Positions 9,012 through 19,464 of a DNA stretch of 64,000 nucleotides are shown here, piece by piece (within the stretch, counting starts at the first letter, position 1; the number at the start of each line of letters is the position of its first letter). A program made the translations under genes and the position numbers. Location of the stretch: contig VYCQ01000024.1 of NCBI GenBank assembly GCA_009843865.1, positions 2,638 to 66,637 on the forward strand. Direction: 5' to 3'. Below the pieces are notes generated by a model. The model made no database searches. It worked only from the letters and a program-made list of their open reading frames with translations, and was not told the origin of the DNA. This DNA is from Acidimicrobiia bacterium (GTDB lineage: Bacteria > Actinomycetota > Acidimicrobiia > Acidimicrobiales > Bin134).

Positions 9012-9848
9012 CTATGTGGCTGCTCCATACACTCGCAGCACCTCATTCAGCTCTGCCTTATCATGCCGCTGGCCAGGTTCGAGATGCTTGATCACCAACA
9101 CACACGGCATACCAAACACGCCGCCCGTAAACTCCCGAGGGCGGGTGGCCGACACCGCCACCGACCAGGCAGGAACCTCACCGCGGCTCAACTCTTCGCC
9201 GGTAGACGCGTCTATCACTGGAATCGAACCGGTAAGCACACAACCAGCACCTAATACCACCCCGTTACCTAGCCGAGCCCCTTCGGCCACTACACAGCGG
9301 CTTCCCACTAGACAATCATCACCAACAATAACCGGGGCAGCTTGCGGCGGTTCTAACACGCCGCCGATGCCCACCCCACCCGAAAGATGCACGTTTGCAC
9401 CGATCTGAGCACAAGAGCCCACCGTGGCCCAAGTATCTACCATGGTGTTGGCACCCACACGAGCGCCGATGTTCACATAGCTGGGCATCATGATCACGCC
9501 TCTGTCCAGAAAAGAGCCCCAGCGGGCCGAAGCACCGGGCACCACCCGCACGCCTGCGGTCTGATAGTCGGTTTTAAGGGGAATTTTATCGGCGAACTCA
9601 AACGGCCCTAGCTCAATGGTTTGTATCGCCGCTGACGAAAACAGCAACAAGATGGCCTGCTTAAGCCACTCATGCACCACCACATCGCCGTTAGCATCCA
9701 CCTCAGCTACTCGAACCTCGCCAGAATCTAGCAAATCAATGCTCTGAGTCACCGCATCTTGGGCTTGGGAGTCACCGTTAACTAGAGGCGTTCTATCGGC
9801 CCAAAGCGCTTGGATATCAGATTGTAGTCGCAAATGTTGACTGGTCAT
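9012..9848 (-). CDS. dapD: 2,3,4,5-tetrahydropyridine-2,6-dicarboxylate N-succinyltransferase
   Basis: Left-handed beta-helix hexapeptide repeats (IGANV.LSGGVGIGGV..., VGDDCLVGSRCVV), in a dapC-dapD-dapE context. Confidence 0.85.
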   Translation of the reverse strand: MTSQHLRLQSDIQALWADRTPLVNGDSQAQDAVTQSIDLLDSGEVRVAEVDANGDVVVHEWLKQAILLLFSSAAIQTIELGPFEFADKIPLKTDYQTAGVRVVPGASARWGSFLDRGVIMMPSYVNIGARVGANTMVDTWATVGSCAQIGANVHLSGGVGIGGVLEPPQAAPVIVGDDCLVGSRCVVAEGARLGNGVVLGAGCVLTGSIPVIDASTGEELSRGEVPAWSVAVSATRPREFTGGVFGMPCVLVIKHLEPGQRHDKAELNEVLRVYGAAT

Positions 9849-11086
9849 ATGTGTACCGTACTGCCAGCAAGCTGTGCCATACGTTTCTCAAGCAAGCTGA
9901 TTTGGGTGTCAGATGCCACTGCTGCCACCCGAACATAACCAGCACCTTGAGGGCCATAGAACTCCCCTGGACTAATCAAAGCCCCAAATTTACTCGCTAG
10001 ATGGCTAGCTAGCCCCCAACCGTCGCCATCAGAAGCCGTCAACCACAGATAAAAACCACCGTCGGGCAGCTTGACATTAGGGTCAAAGGCCCTAAACAAC
10101 TTTGCGAGGCGCGCCAAGCGAGAACGATATATCGCTCGCTGAGCCTCAACATGAGCATCATCGCCAAAGGCAACAACGGCTGCTTGTTGCACTGGTCCGG
10201 GGATCATCAGCCCAGCGTGTTTGCGCACCTCCGACAAAAACGCCACCAGTTCGGGATCGCCTGCATAAAAACCAACCCTCAGCCCGGCTATGTTGGAACG
10301 TTTAGACAGCGAATGCACTGCCAGAATGCCAGTAACATCATCAGTATTCAATGATGCTGTATGAGATGATGCTGGGCCTTCCACATTGCTTGACAAAATG
10401 CTGCGTGGGCGGTTGATGCCCCAAGTGAACTCGATATAGCACTCGTCGCTCAACACCGGCACCTCATAGGTGCGACCCCAGGCGATAACTGCTGCTAGGT
10501 CTTCTAGAGCACCTGTGGGATTAGCAGGCGTGTTCACCCACAAACACAAGGCGCGCGTGGCATCTTCGACTGAGATTTGTGACAAATCTAGATGCCAATG
10601 CTCATCTAATGGCACCGGAACTGCGCGGCACTGAGCTAAGGCCGCACCCATGGCATAGGTCGGATAAGAAATAGTCGGATACAGCACGGTGTCACGCTCT
10701 GGTTGGCGTAGACGCAAATAACGCGGCACCGAAGCAACAAACTCTTTGGTGCCCACGCACCCGGCGAGAGCAAGACCTGTCACATTCACACCGAAGCGGC
10801 GGGCCAGCCATTGAGCTGCTGCGGCCCGGTAGGCGGGCGACCCAGCTGATGCTGGATATAACCGTTCAGCACCTGAACTCGACAGCGCTGCCACCACCGC
10901 TGCGGAAGGTGGGTCGCTAGGTGAGCCCACCGAGAGGTTCACACAGCCGCCCTCAAAAGCGTTGGCTACCTGTCGCAAAGAATCGAGACGATCATAGGGA
11001 TAGGGAGGCACCTCAAAAGCTGAGGGTGCTCGGGCTGGCATCTTCAAACCAGACAACTCCGAACTCAACATCAAGCCACCACCCAC
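9845..11086 (-). CDS. dapC: succinyldiaminopimelate aminotransferase (class I/II aminotransferase)
   Basis: PLP-lysine motif SLSKRSNIAGLRVGF, as in actinobacterial DapC. It overlaps the dapD start by 4 nt. Confidence 0.8.
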   Translation of the reverse strand: MGGGLMLSSELSGLKMPARAPSAFEVPPYPYDRLDSLRQVANAFEGGCVNLSVGSPSDPPSAAVVAALSSSGAERLYPASAGSPAYRAAAAQWLARRFGVNVTGLALAGCVGTKEFVASVPRYLRLRQPERDTVLYPTISYPTYAMGAALAQCRAVPVPLDEHWHLDLSQISVEDATRALCLWVNTPANPTGALEDLAAVIAWGRTYEVPVLSDECYIEFTWGINRPRSILSSNVEGPASSHTASLNTDDVTGILAVHSLSKRSNIAGLRVGFYAGDPELVAFLSEVRKHAGLMIPGPVQQAAVVAFGDDAHVEAQRAIYRSRLARLAKLFRAFDPNVKLPDGGFYLWLTASDGDGWGLASHLASKFGALISPGEFYGPQGAGYVRVAAVASDTQISLLEKRMAQLAGSTVHI

Positions 11087-12381
11087 TCAGCAAGGCGAGC
11101 AGCCGATACGCGATCCATGCGGGCTTGAATTCGGTAACCAGATGCCTCGTTGTCGGCGCGAAGCACCTGACCCGAGCGCTGCACAGCCGCTAAGACCTCG
11201 CCCCGAGCGAAAGGCACCAAAAACTCCACGATCTGAGCATCACTGCGAAGCTCGTCAGCCATGGCTGCCAACAATTTGTCGATGCCTTCGCCGGTGGCTG
11301 CCGACACCGCTAAAGCTGTTTTGCCTGCCCCCGGCGAGATAGCACTTGCCTCCAACAGATCACACTTATTGTAAACCAACAACTCAGGCACAGCGGCTGC
11401 ACCTATCTCGTGCAGCACTTTGCGCACAGCGGCAACTTGCACATCGGGCTCAACACTGGCCGCATCCACCACATGCAACAACAAGTCAGCTTCGGTCACC
11501 ACATCCAAAGTGGTGTGAAACGCATCCACAAGCTGATGCGGCAGCTTGCGAATAAACCCCACTGTGTCTGTAAGCAACACCCGCTCACCACCGGATAAAT
11601 CCAGACGACGGGTGGTGGCATCTAAGGTGGCAAACAACCGATCTTGTACTAGCACGCTGGAGTTGCTGAGCTGATTCAACAACCGCGACTTACCAGCATT
11701 GGTGTAACCCACGATAGTCACATTGGAATGGGCTGAGCGACGGCGACTGAGACTTTGCACATTGCGATTCTTAGCAATGCTGCGTAGCTGAGCTTCTAGC
11801 TTATGGATGCGACGTTGAATACGACGGCGATCCACCTCAAGCTGCGTCTCACCCGGACCTCTGGTGCCAATCCCACCAGCTTGCTGGCTAAACCTCCCGA
11901 CACGGCGCAAACGGGGTAAGCGATAACGATGCTGAGCGAGTTCTACCTGAGCTTGCCCTTCTTGACTATTGGCGTTTTGAGCAAATATGTCCAAAATCAC
12001 CGCTGTGCGATCAATAGCCGTGCGACCTAGAAGCTTCTCTAAATTGAACTGCTGCGCTGGAGTGAGTTCATCATCAAATACCACCGTATCGGCATCAAGA
12101 TTCTCACAGAGTTCTAAAATTTCGCCAACCTTACCACGACCCACGTAGGTGGCCGGGTCAGGTGCCTTGCGTCGCTGGACTATACGACCCCGCGCATCTG
12201 CCCCGGCTGTAGCGATTAGCTGAGCGAGTTCATCAAGATCAGCCTCAGTACGAGCAACATTTGCTCCAGCAAGGGTGACACCCACCAACACGATCTTCTC
12301 ACGAAAGGCACGCTCAATGAACGCTCCCGACTCGCCCCCATGTGTGCCAAAGCCGCCCCGATGCGAAGGGTGCTCAGCCAT
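11071..12381 (-). CDS. hflX: GTPase HflX
   Basis: HflX N-domain, G1 GYTNAGKS, and DTVGFIRKLPHQLVDAF. Confidence 0.92.
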   Translation of the reverse strand: MAEHPSHRGGFGTHGGESGAFIERAFREKIVLVGVTLAGANVARTEADLDELAQLIATAGADARGRIVQRRKAPDPATYVGRGKVGEILELCENLDADTVVFDDELTPAQQFNLEKLLGRTAIDRTAVILDIFAQNANSQEGQAQVELAQHRYRLPRLRRVGRFSQQAGGIGTRGPGETQLEVDRRRIQRRIHKLEAQLRSIAKNRNVQSLSRRRSAHSNVTIVGYTNAGKSRLLNQLSNSSVLVQDRLFATLDATTRRLDLSGGERVLLTDTVGFIRKLPHQLVDAFHTTLDVVTEADLLLHVVDAASVEPDVQVAAVRKVLHEIGAAAVPELLVYNKCDLLEASAISPGAGKTALAVSAATGEGIDKLLAAMADELRSDAQIVEFLVPFARGEVLAAVQRSGQVLRADNEASGYRIQARMDRVSAARLAEWVVA

Positions 12382-13189
12382 ATTCCACCGATGCGATGTA
12401 CTCTACGGAGCCACCCAAGATTATGGTGTCACCAAGTTCCACTACTACCTTGCCACCAGGCATACAAACAAGAACCACATCTGCAACCCAACCCCAGCCA
12501 TGAGCAATATGCGCTGCGGCACAAGCTCCGGTGCCACAAGCCTCGGTCACCCCAACACCGCGCTCCCACACCTTCATGGTGATACTCTGGGAATCTGGGC
12601 CAGGAGCAATGACCTCCACATTACTACCCCCAGCCAAGACACTTTGCTGAGGGCCTACGACAGCAATATCAAGCTGCTCAAGATCGCTCACGCCTAGCAC
12701 AACATGGGGGTTGCCCAAGCTTGCGGTACCAACCTGAGCCTCTACCTGTTGGTTACCCACGTTTAACTGCACATGCTGACGGGAGATAGCAGGCCCTACG
12801 CCTATCGGACCCATGTCCACTCGAGCGTGCAGTATATGAGGATCATCACAAGCTTGAGTGGACACCACACGCACACCCACGTCTGTACTAATACGAAATT
12901 CAGCATTGCTGACATTGGGAACGGTGTTTTGTCGCAAGATTGCTTGAACCAAGCAACGGATGCCGTTACCACTCATCTCAGCACGACCCCCGTCAGCATT
13001 AAAAAGCACCATGGTGACATCAGTACTACAAGAAGGGTCGCCGCGCAGGGCGAAGATTAAACCATCAGCACCCACGCCGCGAGTGCGATGGCAAACCGCC
13101 TGCGCTAAAGCCGAAGCGTTGGCTGGCAAATCGGGCTGAACGGCAACTAAGAAGTCGTTGCCCAAACCGTGATGTTTGGTGAGCCTCAT
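12374..13189 (-). CDS. dapF: diaminopimelate epimerase
   Basis: HGLGNDFLV, and two catalytic-Cys motifs GNGIRC and EACGTGACAAA. Confidence 0.92.
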   Translation of the reverse strand: MRLTKHHGLGNDFLVAVQPDLPANASALAQAVCHRTRGVGADGLIFALRGDPSCSTDVTMVLFNADGGRAEMSGNGIRCLVQAILRQNTVPNVSNAEFRISTDVGVRVVSTQACDDPHILHARVDMGPIGVGPAISRQHVQLNVGNQQVEAQVGTASLGNPHVVLGVSDLEQLDIAVVGPQQSVLAGGSNVEVIAPGPDSQSITMKVWERGVGVTEACGTGACAAAHIAHGWGWVADVVLVCMPGGKVVVELGDTIILGGSVEYIASVEYG

Positions 13190-13193
13190 GACC

Positions 13194-14189
13194 TTAGTCT
13201 CGCAACTGAGCGAAGCTTTGCGGGCAATGTTTAGCTACAACTTGTGCTGCTAACACCTCAGGTTCTTCAGCGGCATCCAGCCATGTGATGCGTGGGTCAC
13301 GCCGAAACCATCTTTCTTGGCGGCGGGCAAAACGACGAGTGCGAACGACCGCCAAGGCCACCGCCTCATCCAGTGACATCTCACCACGCAGATGAGCAAT
13401 CAACTCTTTATATCCCAACGCCTGCGACGCAGTGCGAGAAAGCGGCTCGGGCCTAGCTAACAGGACCTTAACCTCCTCTAAGAAGTCTGCTTGCATCTGA
13501 CAATCAAAGCGCTGTTGTATGCGCCGATCCATCTCTGCACGCGACAGCGACAAACCAACCTGAGTGATCGCACTAGCTCGATATTGGCCAAGACCTGGGC
13601 CATAAGAAGAAAAACAGCGACCGCTACCCAATGTCACCTCTAGCGCGCGAATGACCCTTCGGCGATTAGTTGGTTCCATACGGTTAGCCGCTACAGGATC
13701 AAGCTCAACAAGACGGCTGTGCAGGGCAGACGTATCGGGCTCTTGTTCTAACTCAGATGTAATGTTGGGATATTGTCCCGGAATATTCAGGTTGTCGATC
13801 ACGGCTCGGTGATACAACCCCGTTCCGCCCACAAAAAGCGCCAAATTGCCTCTAGCCTCAATGGCTAAACGAGCTTGTTGAGCTGCGGCTTGAAACTTGG
13901 TTAGCGAATAATCTTCACAAGGGTCGGCCACATCAACTAAATGGTGAGGCACCTCAGCTCTGATTTGAACTGAGGGCTTGGCAGTACCAATGTCCATGTG
14001 ACGATAAACCTGCATGGAATCTACCGAGATGATCTCACAACACTGTTGGCTGCGGGCGACTGCCAACGCAATTGCGGACTTTCCGCTTGCGGTCACCCCT
14101 ACCAGTGCCAGAGCACCGGAGACTGCCGAGGGGGGTGGGAAGTTAGATATAACGCTCAGCTTGCAGCCACCGGAATCTTGGCCCGCCAA
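13194..14189 (-). CDS. miaA: tRNA dimethylallyltransferase
   Basis: P-loop GVTASGKS and DSMQVYRHMDIGTAKPS. The start is uncertain, because the maximal ORF overlaps the miaB end by 34 nt. Confidence 0.9.
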   Translation of the reverse strand: MAGQDSGGCKLSVISNFPPPSAVSGALALVGVTASGKSAIALAVARSQQCCEIISVDSMQVYRHMDIGTAKPSVQIRAEVPHHLVDVADPCEDYSLTKFQAAAQQARLAIEARGNLALFVGGTGLYHRAVIDNLNIPGQYPNITSELEQEPDTSALHSRLVELDPVAANRMEPTNRRRVIRALEVTLGSGRCFSSYGPGLGQYRASAITQVGLSLSRAEMDRRIQQRFDCQMQADFLEEVKVLLARPEPLSRTASQALGYKELIAHLRGEMSLDEAVALAVVRTRRFARRQERWFRRDPRITWLDAAEEPEVLAAQVVAKHCPQSFAQLRD

Positions 14190-15568
14190 CGAGCAGGCGC
14201 TGTCACCTCAACCAAATCACCCTTCAGGTGATGGGCTCCAGCTTCAGTCACGTCTACCGTGGCGAAAGTGCCTGGGCGAAGGTGCTGTGATGTAGCAAAA
14301 TGGACTAAGCGGTTTTGACGAGTGCGTCCGGTTTGCAGATCTGCGTTTTTCTTAGATTTACCTTCCACCACCACCTCCTCACGCATACCAATACGAGCTT
14401 GGTTGGCCTGACGGCTGGAATGCTCAACCACAACGCGCAAACGCTCAAAACGATCATTCACCTCAGCGGGGCAACAGTAGCGGTCAACCATCTCAGCAGC
14501 CTCTGTACCTGAACGAGGTGAGAAAACAAAAGTAAATGCCGAGTCGTAGCGGGCTTCGGCAGCCACTTGAAGGGTTTGTTCAAAGTCTTTTTCGGTTTCG
14601 CCTGGAAAACCCACAATGATGTCTGTGGACACTGCTAGGTCTTCCACAGCGCGTCTAGCTGCTTGCAGACGCTCTAAATAGCGCTCAGCGGTATAACCAC
14701 GATGCATGGCAGCCAACACCTTGTCGCTACCCGATTGCAAGGGCAAATGTAGGTGCTCACACACCGCAGGCACCTGCGTCATAGCATCAATGGTTTCAGG
14801 CCGTAAATCCTTAGGATGCGGGCTAGTGAAACGAAGACGCTTGATGCCCTCTATGGCACCAATCTTACGCAAGAGCTCATCAAACAGAGGCCGCAGAGCA
14901 ACCTTATCTCCGTTTTGGCGGCGCTGGCGTTGCAGATCGCGGCCATAAGAGTTCACGTTTTGACCCAACAGCGTAATCTCTGTAACCCCGCTAGCTGCTA
15001 GCTGAGCAGCCTCATCCAACAGCTTAGAGATGGGTTGGCTGATTTCAGCGCCCCGCACTGCGGGCACGATGCAGAACGCACACGAGTTATCACAGCCCAC
15101 TTGAATTGTCATCCAAGCCGCATATGGTGCCTCGCGACGCACAGGCAAAGCCGATGGGAAGCTGTTGTGGTCGTCTTCAACGGCTTGTTCAAGAATCTCC
15201 ACAACAGGACTATAAACCGCTAAGCCGATCAACTCAGCAGCGCGATGCACATTGTGAGTACCAAACACCACGTCTACATGAGCGGCACGTTCGCGAATAA
15301 GGTCGCGGTCTTTTTGAGCTAGGCAACCAGCCACCGCGATCTGTAAATCGGGACGGGCTTGCTTGACCTGCTTGAGGTGACCAAGCTGACCGTAAAGCTT
15401 ATTATCAGCGTTTTCTCTGATGCAGCAGGTGTTCAACACGATGGTATCAGCCGACTCCATATCGTCGGCCAACACCATCCCGTCGGCTTCCAACAACCCA
15501 GCAATACGCTCGGTGTCATGCTCGTTCATCTGACACCCGTAGGTACGGATGAAATAGCTTCGGCTCAC
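14156..15568 (-). CDS. miaB: tRNA-2-methylthio-N6-dimethylallyladenosine synthase (radical SAM methylthiotransferase)
   Basis: UPF0004 N-domain (YGCQMNEHDTE), radical SAM CDNSCAFC, and a C-terminal TRAM domain. It sits adjacent to miaA. Confidence 0.9.
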   Translation of the reverse strand: MSRSYFIRTYGCQMNEHDTERIAGLLEADGMVLADDMESADTIVLNTCCIRENADNKLYGQLGHLKQVKQARPDLQIAVAGCLAQKDRDLIRERAAHVDVVFGTHNVHRAAELIGLAVYSPVVEILEQAVEDDHNSFPSALPVRREAPYAAWMTIQVGCDNSCAFCIVPAVRGAEISQPISKLLDEAAQLAASGVTEITLLGQNVNSYGRDLQRQRRQNGDKVALRPLFDELLRKIGAIEGIKRLRFTSPHPKDLRPETIDAMTQVPAVCEHLHLPLQSGSDKVLAAMHRGYTAERYLERLQAARRAVEDLAVSTDIIVGFPGETEKDFEQTLQVAAEARYDSAFTFVFSPRSGTEAAEMVDRYCCPAEVNDRFERLRVVVEHSSRQANQARIGMREEVVVEGKSKKNADLQTGRTRQNRLVHFATSQHLRPGTFATVDVTEAGAHHLKGDLVEVTAPARWRAKIPVAAS

Positions 15569-15617
15569 CCCAACAGGCTACCTGTCGGTGGACCTATGGC
15601 TCCTAGCCTTTTGCTGT

Positions 15618-16670
15618 TTAGCTAACCTTTATTGCCGCGTCAGCCGATTTTCCGGCTGACGCTTTAGCTTCAGAAGCTTCATCTTGATCAACAAGGTTTG
15701 CTGCCCGCCACACCCGCTCGGTTATCTCAACCATGATCTCGGGATGTTCAGCTAAAAAGGCTTTAGCCTTCTCGCGCCCTTGACCAAGCTGTTCGCCTGC
15801 GTAGGTAAACCAAGCACCGGACTTCTCCACGATGTTGAGAGATACGCCCACATCAAGCAACGAACCCTCGCGACTGATGCCCTTGGAGTACATAATATCA
15901 AACTCTGCTTGACGAAATGGGGGTGCTACCTTGTTCTTAACCACCTTCACTCGAGTGCGATTGCCGATTACATCCACGCCCTGCTTAAGGGATTCAATGC
16001 GGCGAATATCTAGACGCACCGACGAGTAGAACTTCAGAGCACGACCTCCGGGGGTGGTTTCGGGCGAACCAAACATCACGCCTATCTTCTCGCGCAGCTG
16101 ATTAATGAAGATGCATACTGTCTTGGACTTGTTTAAGTTGGCAGTAATCTTGCGTAGCGCCTGCGACATGAGACGAGCTTGCAAGCCCACATGGGCATCG
16201 CCCATATCGCCCTCAATCTCAGCTCTAGGAGTGAGTGCTGCCACAGAGTCGATTACCAACACATCTATCGCTCCAGAACGGATCAACATATCGGCAATCT
16301 CCAATGCCTGTTCACCGGTGTCAGGCTGTGAAATCAACAGCTCGTCAACATCCACGCCAATGGCTTTGGCATAAACCGGATCTAAAGCGTGCTCTGCGTC
16401 AACAAAAGCGCAGATACCACCGTTACGCTGAGCCTCGGCCACAGAGTGCAGTGCCAGGGTTGTTTTACCTGAGGATTCAGGGCCATAGATCTCCACTACC
16501 CTGCCTCTGGGTAAACCACCTACTCCTAAGGCTAGGTCCAAGGCCAACGCCCCGGTGGGGATGGTCTCAATAGCCATGGTGCCCTTCTCGCCCATCTTCA
16601 TCACAGCACCTTGGCCGAATTGCTTTTGGATCTGATCAATGGCCATCTCTAGTGCCTTTTCTCGCTCCAC
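15618..16670 (-). CDS. recA: recombinase RecA
   Basis: [12 protein letters not shown] Walker [11 protein letters not shown], and the L1/L2 loop regions. GUG start preceded by GAAGGAGGAG. Confidence 0.97.
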   Translation of the reverse strand: MEREKALEMAIDQIQKQFGQGAVMKMGEKGTMAIETIPTGALALDLALGVGGLPRGRVVEIYGPESSGKTTLALHSVAEAQRNGGICAFVDAEHALDPVYAKAIGVDVDELLISQPDTGEQALEIADMLIRSGAIDVLVIDSVAALTPRAEIEGDMGDAHVGLQARLMSQALRKITANLNKSKTVCIFINQLREKIGVMFGSPETTPGGRALKFYSSVRLDIRRIESLKQGVDVIGNRTRVKVVKNKVAPPFRQAEFDIMYSKGISREGSLLDVGVSLNIVEKSGAWFTYAGEQLGQGREKAKAFLAEHPEIMVEITERVWRAANLVDQDEASEAKASAGKSADAAIKVS

Positions 16671-16791
16671 TTCTCCTCCTTCAGAGTTTGTATTGTGCTT
16701 ACGAATTGCGAGGGTAAATTGCGGGGGAAATGTTGGAACAAACTATAGAGATCACCTGTGACAGTTAGTGCCCCACTTGAATGCTATGAGC

Positions 16792-16813
16792 GTAGTTTCA
16801 CAGATGAAACTAC
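16792..16813. other. 9-bp perfect stem / 4-nt loop hairpin (GTAGTTTCA-caga-TGAAACTAC) inside the recA-msrB gap
   Basis: Read directly from the sequence. No U-tract on either strand. Function unknown. Confidence 0.4.
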
Positions 16814-17173
16814 ACAAGTACCCCTATCAGTCTCAGCCCAACAACATTTAGGAGATGATGGATTTATGGATGCTGACGGAGCTTGACCGTCACCAAAGCA
16901 CCTGAATGGGAAACTCCTCAAATACCGCATCCCTGACCGGTTGCGACAATGGCAGACACGATTGATACTCCAATTTGATGATATAGGCCCGTCAAGATGA
17001 CTAAGTCTGATGACTAGACTAACGAGGCTCGTTGGTCGCGACAACCAACAGACAATCACTCGGGGGCGCTCATTCGGGCGAGAATTGGCCTAGCTAGTTC
17101 TGCGAGTATCGTGGAAATCATGAGCAGGGATGCCGCGCCACTAATCCGCGAGTGGCCATGAGGGGCTTGAGGT

Positions 17174-17605
17174 GTGGGCATTATTGTAAAGCACATGTCA
17201 AAGAAAACTTTCAACAAGGATGATCTGCGACAGCGGCTTACTGCTGAGCAATATCATGTGACCCAGCAGGCAGGCACAGAACGGGCCTTTAGCGGCGAGT
17301 ACTGGGACTGCAAAGACGAGGGCATATATCGCTGTCGGGTGTGTGGCGAGAGTTTGTTCTCATCAGAAGCTAAGTACGATTCAGGCACAGGCTGGCCTTC
17401 GTTTTTTGAGGAGATGGCTGATGGAAAGGTGGAGCGCATCGCAGATCACAGCCATGGCATGGTTCGCACCGAGGCCATCTGCGCTAAATGTGGTGCCCAT
17501 TTGGGACACATCTTTTCCGACGGTCCACAGCTAACCGGCGAACGCTACTGCATGAACTCGGCATCGCTGCAACTTGACCCCTCAAAACCTGCCGAAGATA
17601 ACTAG
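17174..17605 (+). CDS. msrB: peptide-methionine (R)-S-oxide reductase
   Basis: SelR domain with two CxxC pairs (CRVCGESLF, CAKCGAHLGHIF) and GTGWPSF. GUG 17174 has a GAGGGG SD. AUG 17195 is an alternative start. Confidence 0.93.
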   Translation: MGIIVKHMSKKTFNKDDLRQRLTAEQYHVTQQAGTERAFSGEYWDCKDEGIYRCRVCGESLFSSEAKYDSGTGWPSFFEEMADGKVERIADHSHGMVRTEAICAKCGAHLGHIFSDGPQLTGERYCMNSASLQLDPSKPAEDN

Positions 17606-17641
17606 TGCAACACAACTAGTACCATCGGCCAAAAGCAGTTA

Positions 17642-18895
17642 TCAGGCAGAATTGGTGGGCAAACGCAGCAGCCGTTTACGAAGGTTGTTGAGCACCGAAA
17701 TCGTAGTTATTTGGCGTATGCGTTCACGATCAAAGGGCAGCTTGGCGCGATGAGCCTCCACTACGCCAGCAACCAGCGTGGCCATCCAAACCGTGCCCTG
17801 GTCGCAACCTTCTACGGGGTCGGGCCCAGCCACCCCTGTCACTGCGATGGCGCAATCGGTATCTAGCAACCTAGCTGCACCATGAGCCATGGCCATAACC
17901 GCTGCTTCGCTTATCACCGGCCCTCGAGGCACTCTTAAAAGCTTGAACTTCGCCTCGTTGGCATAAGACACCAAACCGCCGCGAAACACATCGCTAGCAC
18001 CAGCCACAGCGCTGATACGAACTCCGATGAGTCCACCAGTGAGCGACTCCGCTAAAGCCAATGTCAAGCCTCTGCGCCTGAGCTCTGCCAACACCGCCGA
18101 CTCCATAGTCTCATCATCAACACCAAACACGATATGGTCGCCGATGATACGCCTCACTATCTGCTCTTCGATATCCAAAATATGGGCCGCGGCCAACGTA
18201 CTGCTTGCCTTCGCAGTCAAACGTATCTGAAGCCCTTCAATGCCTGATGCCAGAAACGCCAAGGTACATTCTCTGGTTTCGTCTAGACGCTGTATCTCAT
18301 CGTGTAGCTTTTCGGACAAGCCCGATTCTGAATCCCCCCAAGTACGCAAGGTGCGGCTCTGAATCACAGCGGTGCTGCCAGCACACTTTCGTAGATCGTC
18401 TAGCACGTAGTCGCTAATCATCATCTGCATCTCCCAAGGCACCCCAGGAACTACATAAACAGCTTTACCAGATATCTCCACCTTGAAACCTGAAGCGGTG
18501 CCAGGGTGAACCGGCATAACCTCAGCACCTGCGGGTATATCGGCTTGACGCAGGTTGTTTTCGGGCATTTTGCGGTCTCTGCTGGCAAACACCTGTGAGA
18601 GGCTCTCTACTAAATCGGGGCATCGCTCTAGAGATACCCCCGCAACTTCTGCAACCACTTCACGGGTGATGTCATCTTGGGTAGGCCCAAGGCCACCGCA
18701 CACGATCACGCTGTCGCTGCGAGCCAAAGCCTCGGCTAGAACTACCCGCATCCGCTCAAAGTTGTCGCCAACCTTCACTTGGTAATAGCAGTCGATGCCG
18801 CTGAGTGCTAACTGCTCGCCTATCCAAGTGGAATTGGTATCTACTATCTGACCCAACAACAGCTCGGTGCCCACTGCGATTACCTCGCAGTTCAC
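17642..18895 (-). CDS. cinA: competence/damage-inducible protein CinA (MoCF-binding domain plus NMN deamidase domain)
   Basis: N-terminus EVIAVGTELLLGQIVDTNS and a C-terminal CinA/PncC domain, in the canonical pgsA-cinA context. Confidence 0.88.
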   Translation of the reverse strand: MNCEVIAVGTELLLGQIVDTNSTWIGEQLALSGIDCYYQVKVGDNFERMRVVLAEALARSDSVIVCGGLGPTQDDITREVVAEVAGVSLERCPDLVESLSQVFASRDRKMPENNLRQADIPAGAEVMPVHPGTASGFKVEISGKAVYVVPGVPWEMQMMISDYVLDDLRKCAGSTAVIQSRTLRTWGDSESGLSEKLHDEIQRLDETRECTLAFLASGIEGLQIRLTAKASSTLAAAHILDIEEQIVRRIIGDHIVFGVDDETMESAVLAELRRRGLTLALAESLTGGLIGVRISAVAGASDVFRGGLVSYANEAKFKLLRVPRGPVISEAAVMAMAHGAARLLDTDCAIAVTGVAGPDPVEGCDQGTVWMATLVAGVVEAHRAKLPFDRERIRQITTISVLNNLRKRLLRLPTNSA

Positions 18896-19464
18896 GAAGC
18901 AACGGCTCCCAATCTTCCATCAGCAAAGTAACGCCAACCGGAATAGACGGTAATAGCCACCGCCAGCCAAATAGCCAACAACACTGCCCAGTCCACGGTC
19001 TCTAAGGGTGGTAACACGGCCACGGTTAAGGCCACACCCTGCATTAGGGTTTTTAGCTTGGCCGAGCGGCGCGCTGGCAACGACAACCCCTGACGCGCCC
19101 AGCGGGTTCGGGCAATGCTAACCAAAAGCTCGCGCACCGTAATGATGAGCACCGGAATCCAAGACAGCCTTTGGGTAAACACGAAACACCAGCAGGCACC
19201 TAAGATCATCACCTTGTCGGCCAGGGGATCTAAAAAAGCTCCCCACCGGCTGACACTGCCTGACGTTCTAGCCATCCAACCGTCGTAGTAATCACTTGCC
19301 CCAAGCACCCAGCCAACTACGAGCGCTGCCCAGGAAGTGCCCCCGGAGTCAGAAGAAGCCAAGATCAGCACAAACAACAACGGCGACAGAACAATACGAC
19401 CTAGTGTGATCAGGTTAGCTGGCAGCCTAAGGTCGGCCCAGGCATAGGTGTCCACACTGCTCAT
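18892..19464 (-). CDS. pgsA: CDP-diacylglycerol--glycerol-3-phosphate 3-phosphatidyltransferase
   Basis: CDP-alcohol phosphatidyltransferase motif DYYDGWMAR...GAFLDPLADK. Multi-TM protein. Confidence 0.88.
   Translation of the reverse strand: MSSVDTYAWADLRLPANLITLGRIVLSPLLFVLILASSDSGGTSWAALVVGWVLGASDYYDGWMARTSGSVSRWGAFLDPLADKVMILGACWCFVFTQRLSWIPVLIITVRELLVSIARTRWARQGLSLPARRSAKLKTLMQGVALTVAVLPPLETVDWAVLLAIWLAVAITVYSGWRYFADGRLGAVAS

Noticed and set aside
16784-17059. 91-aa ORF in the recA-msrB gap
   Set aside because: Its Cys/Trp/Arg-rich composition looks non-coding, and it has no RBS and no motif. The interval is reported as a non-coding gap of interest instead.
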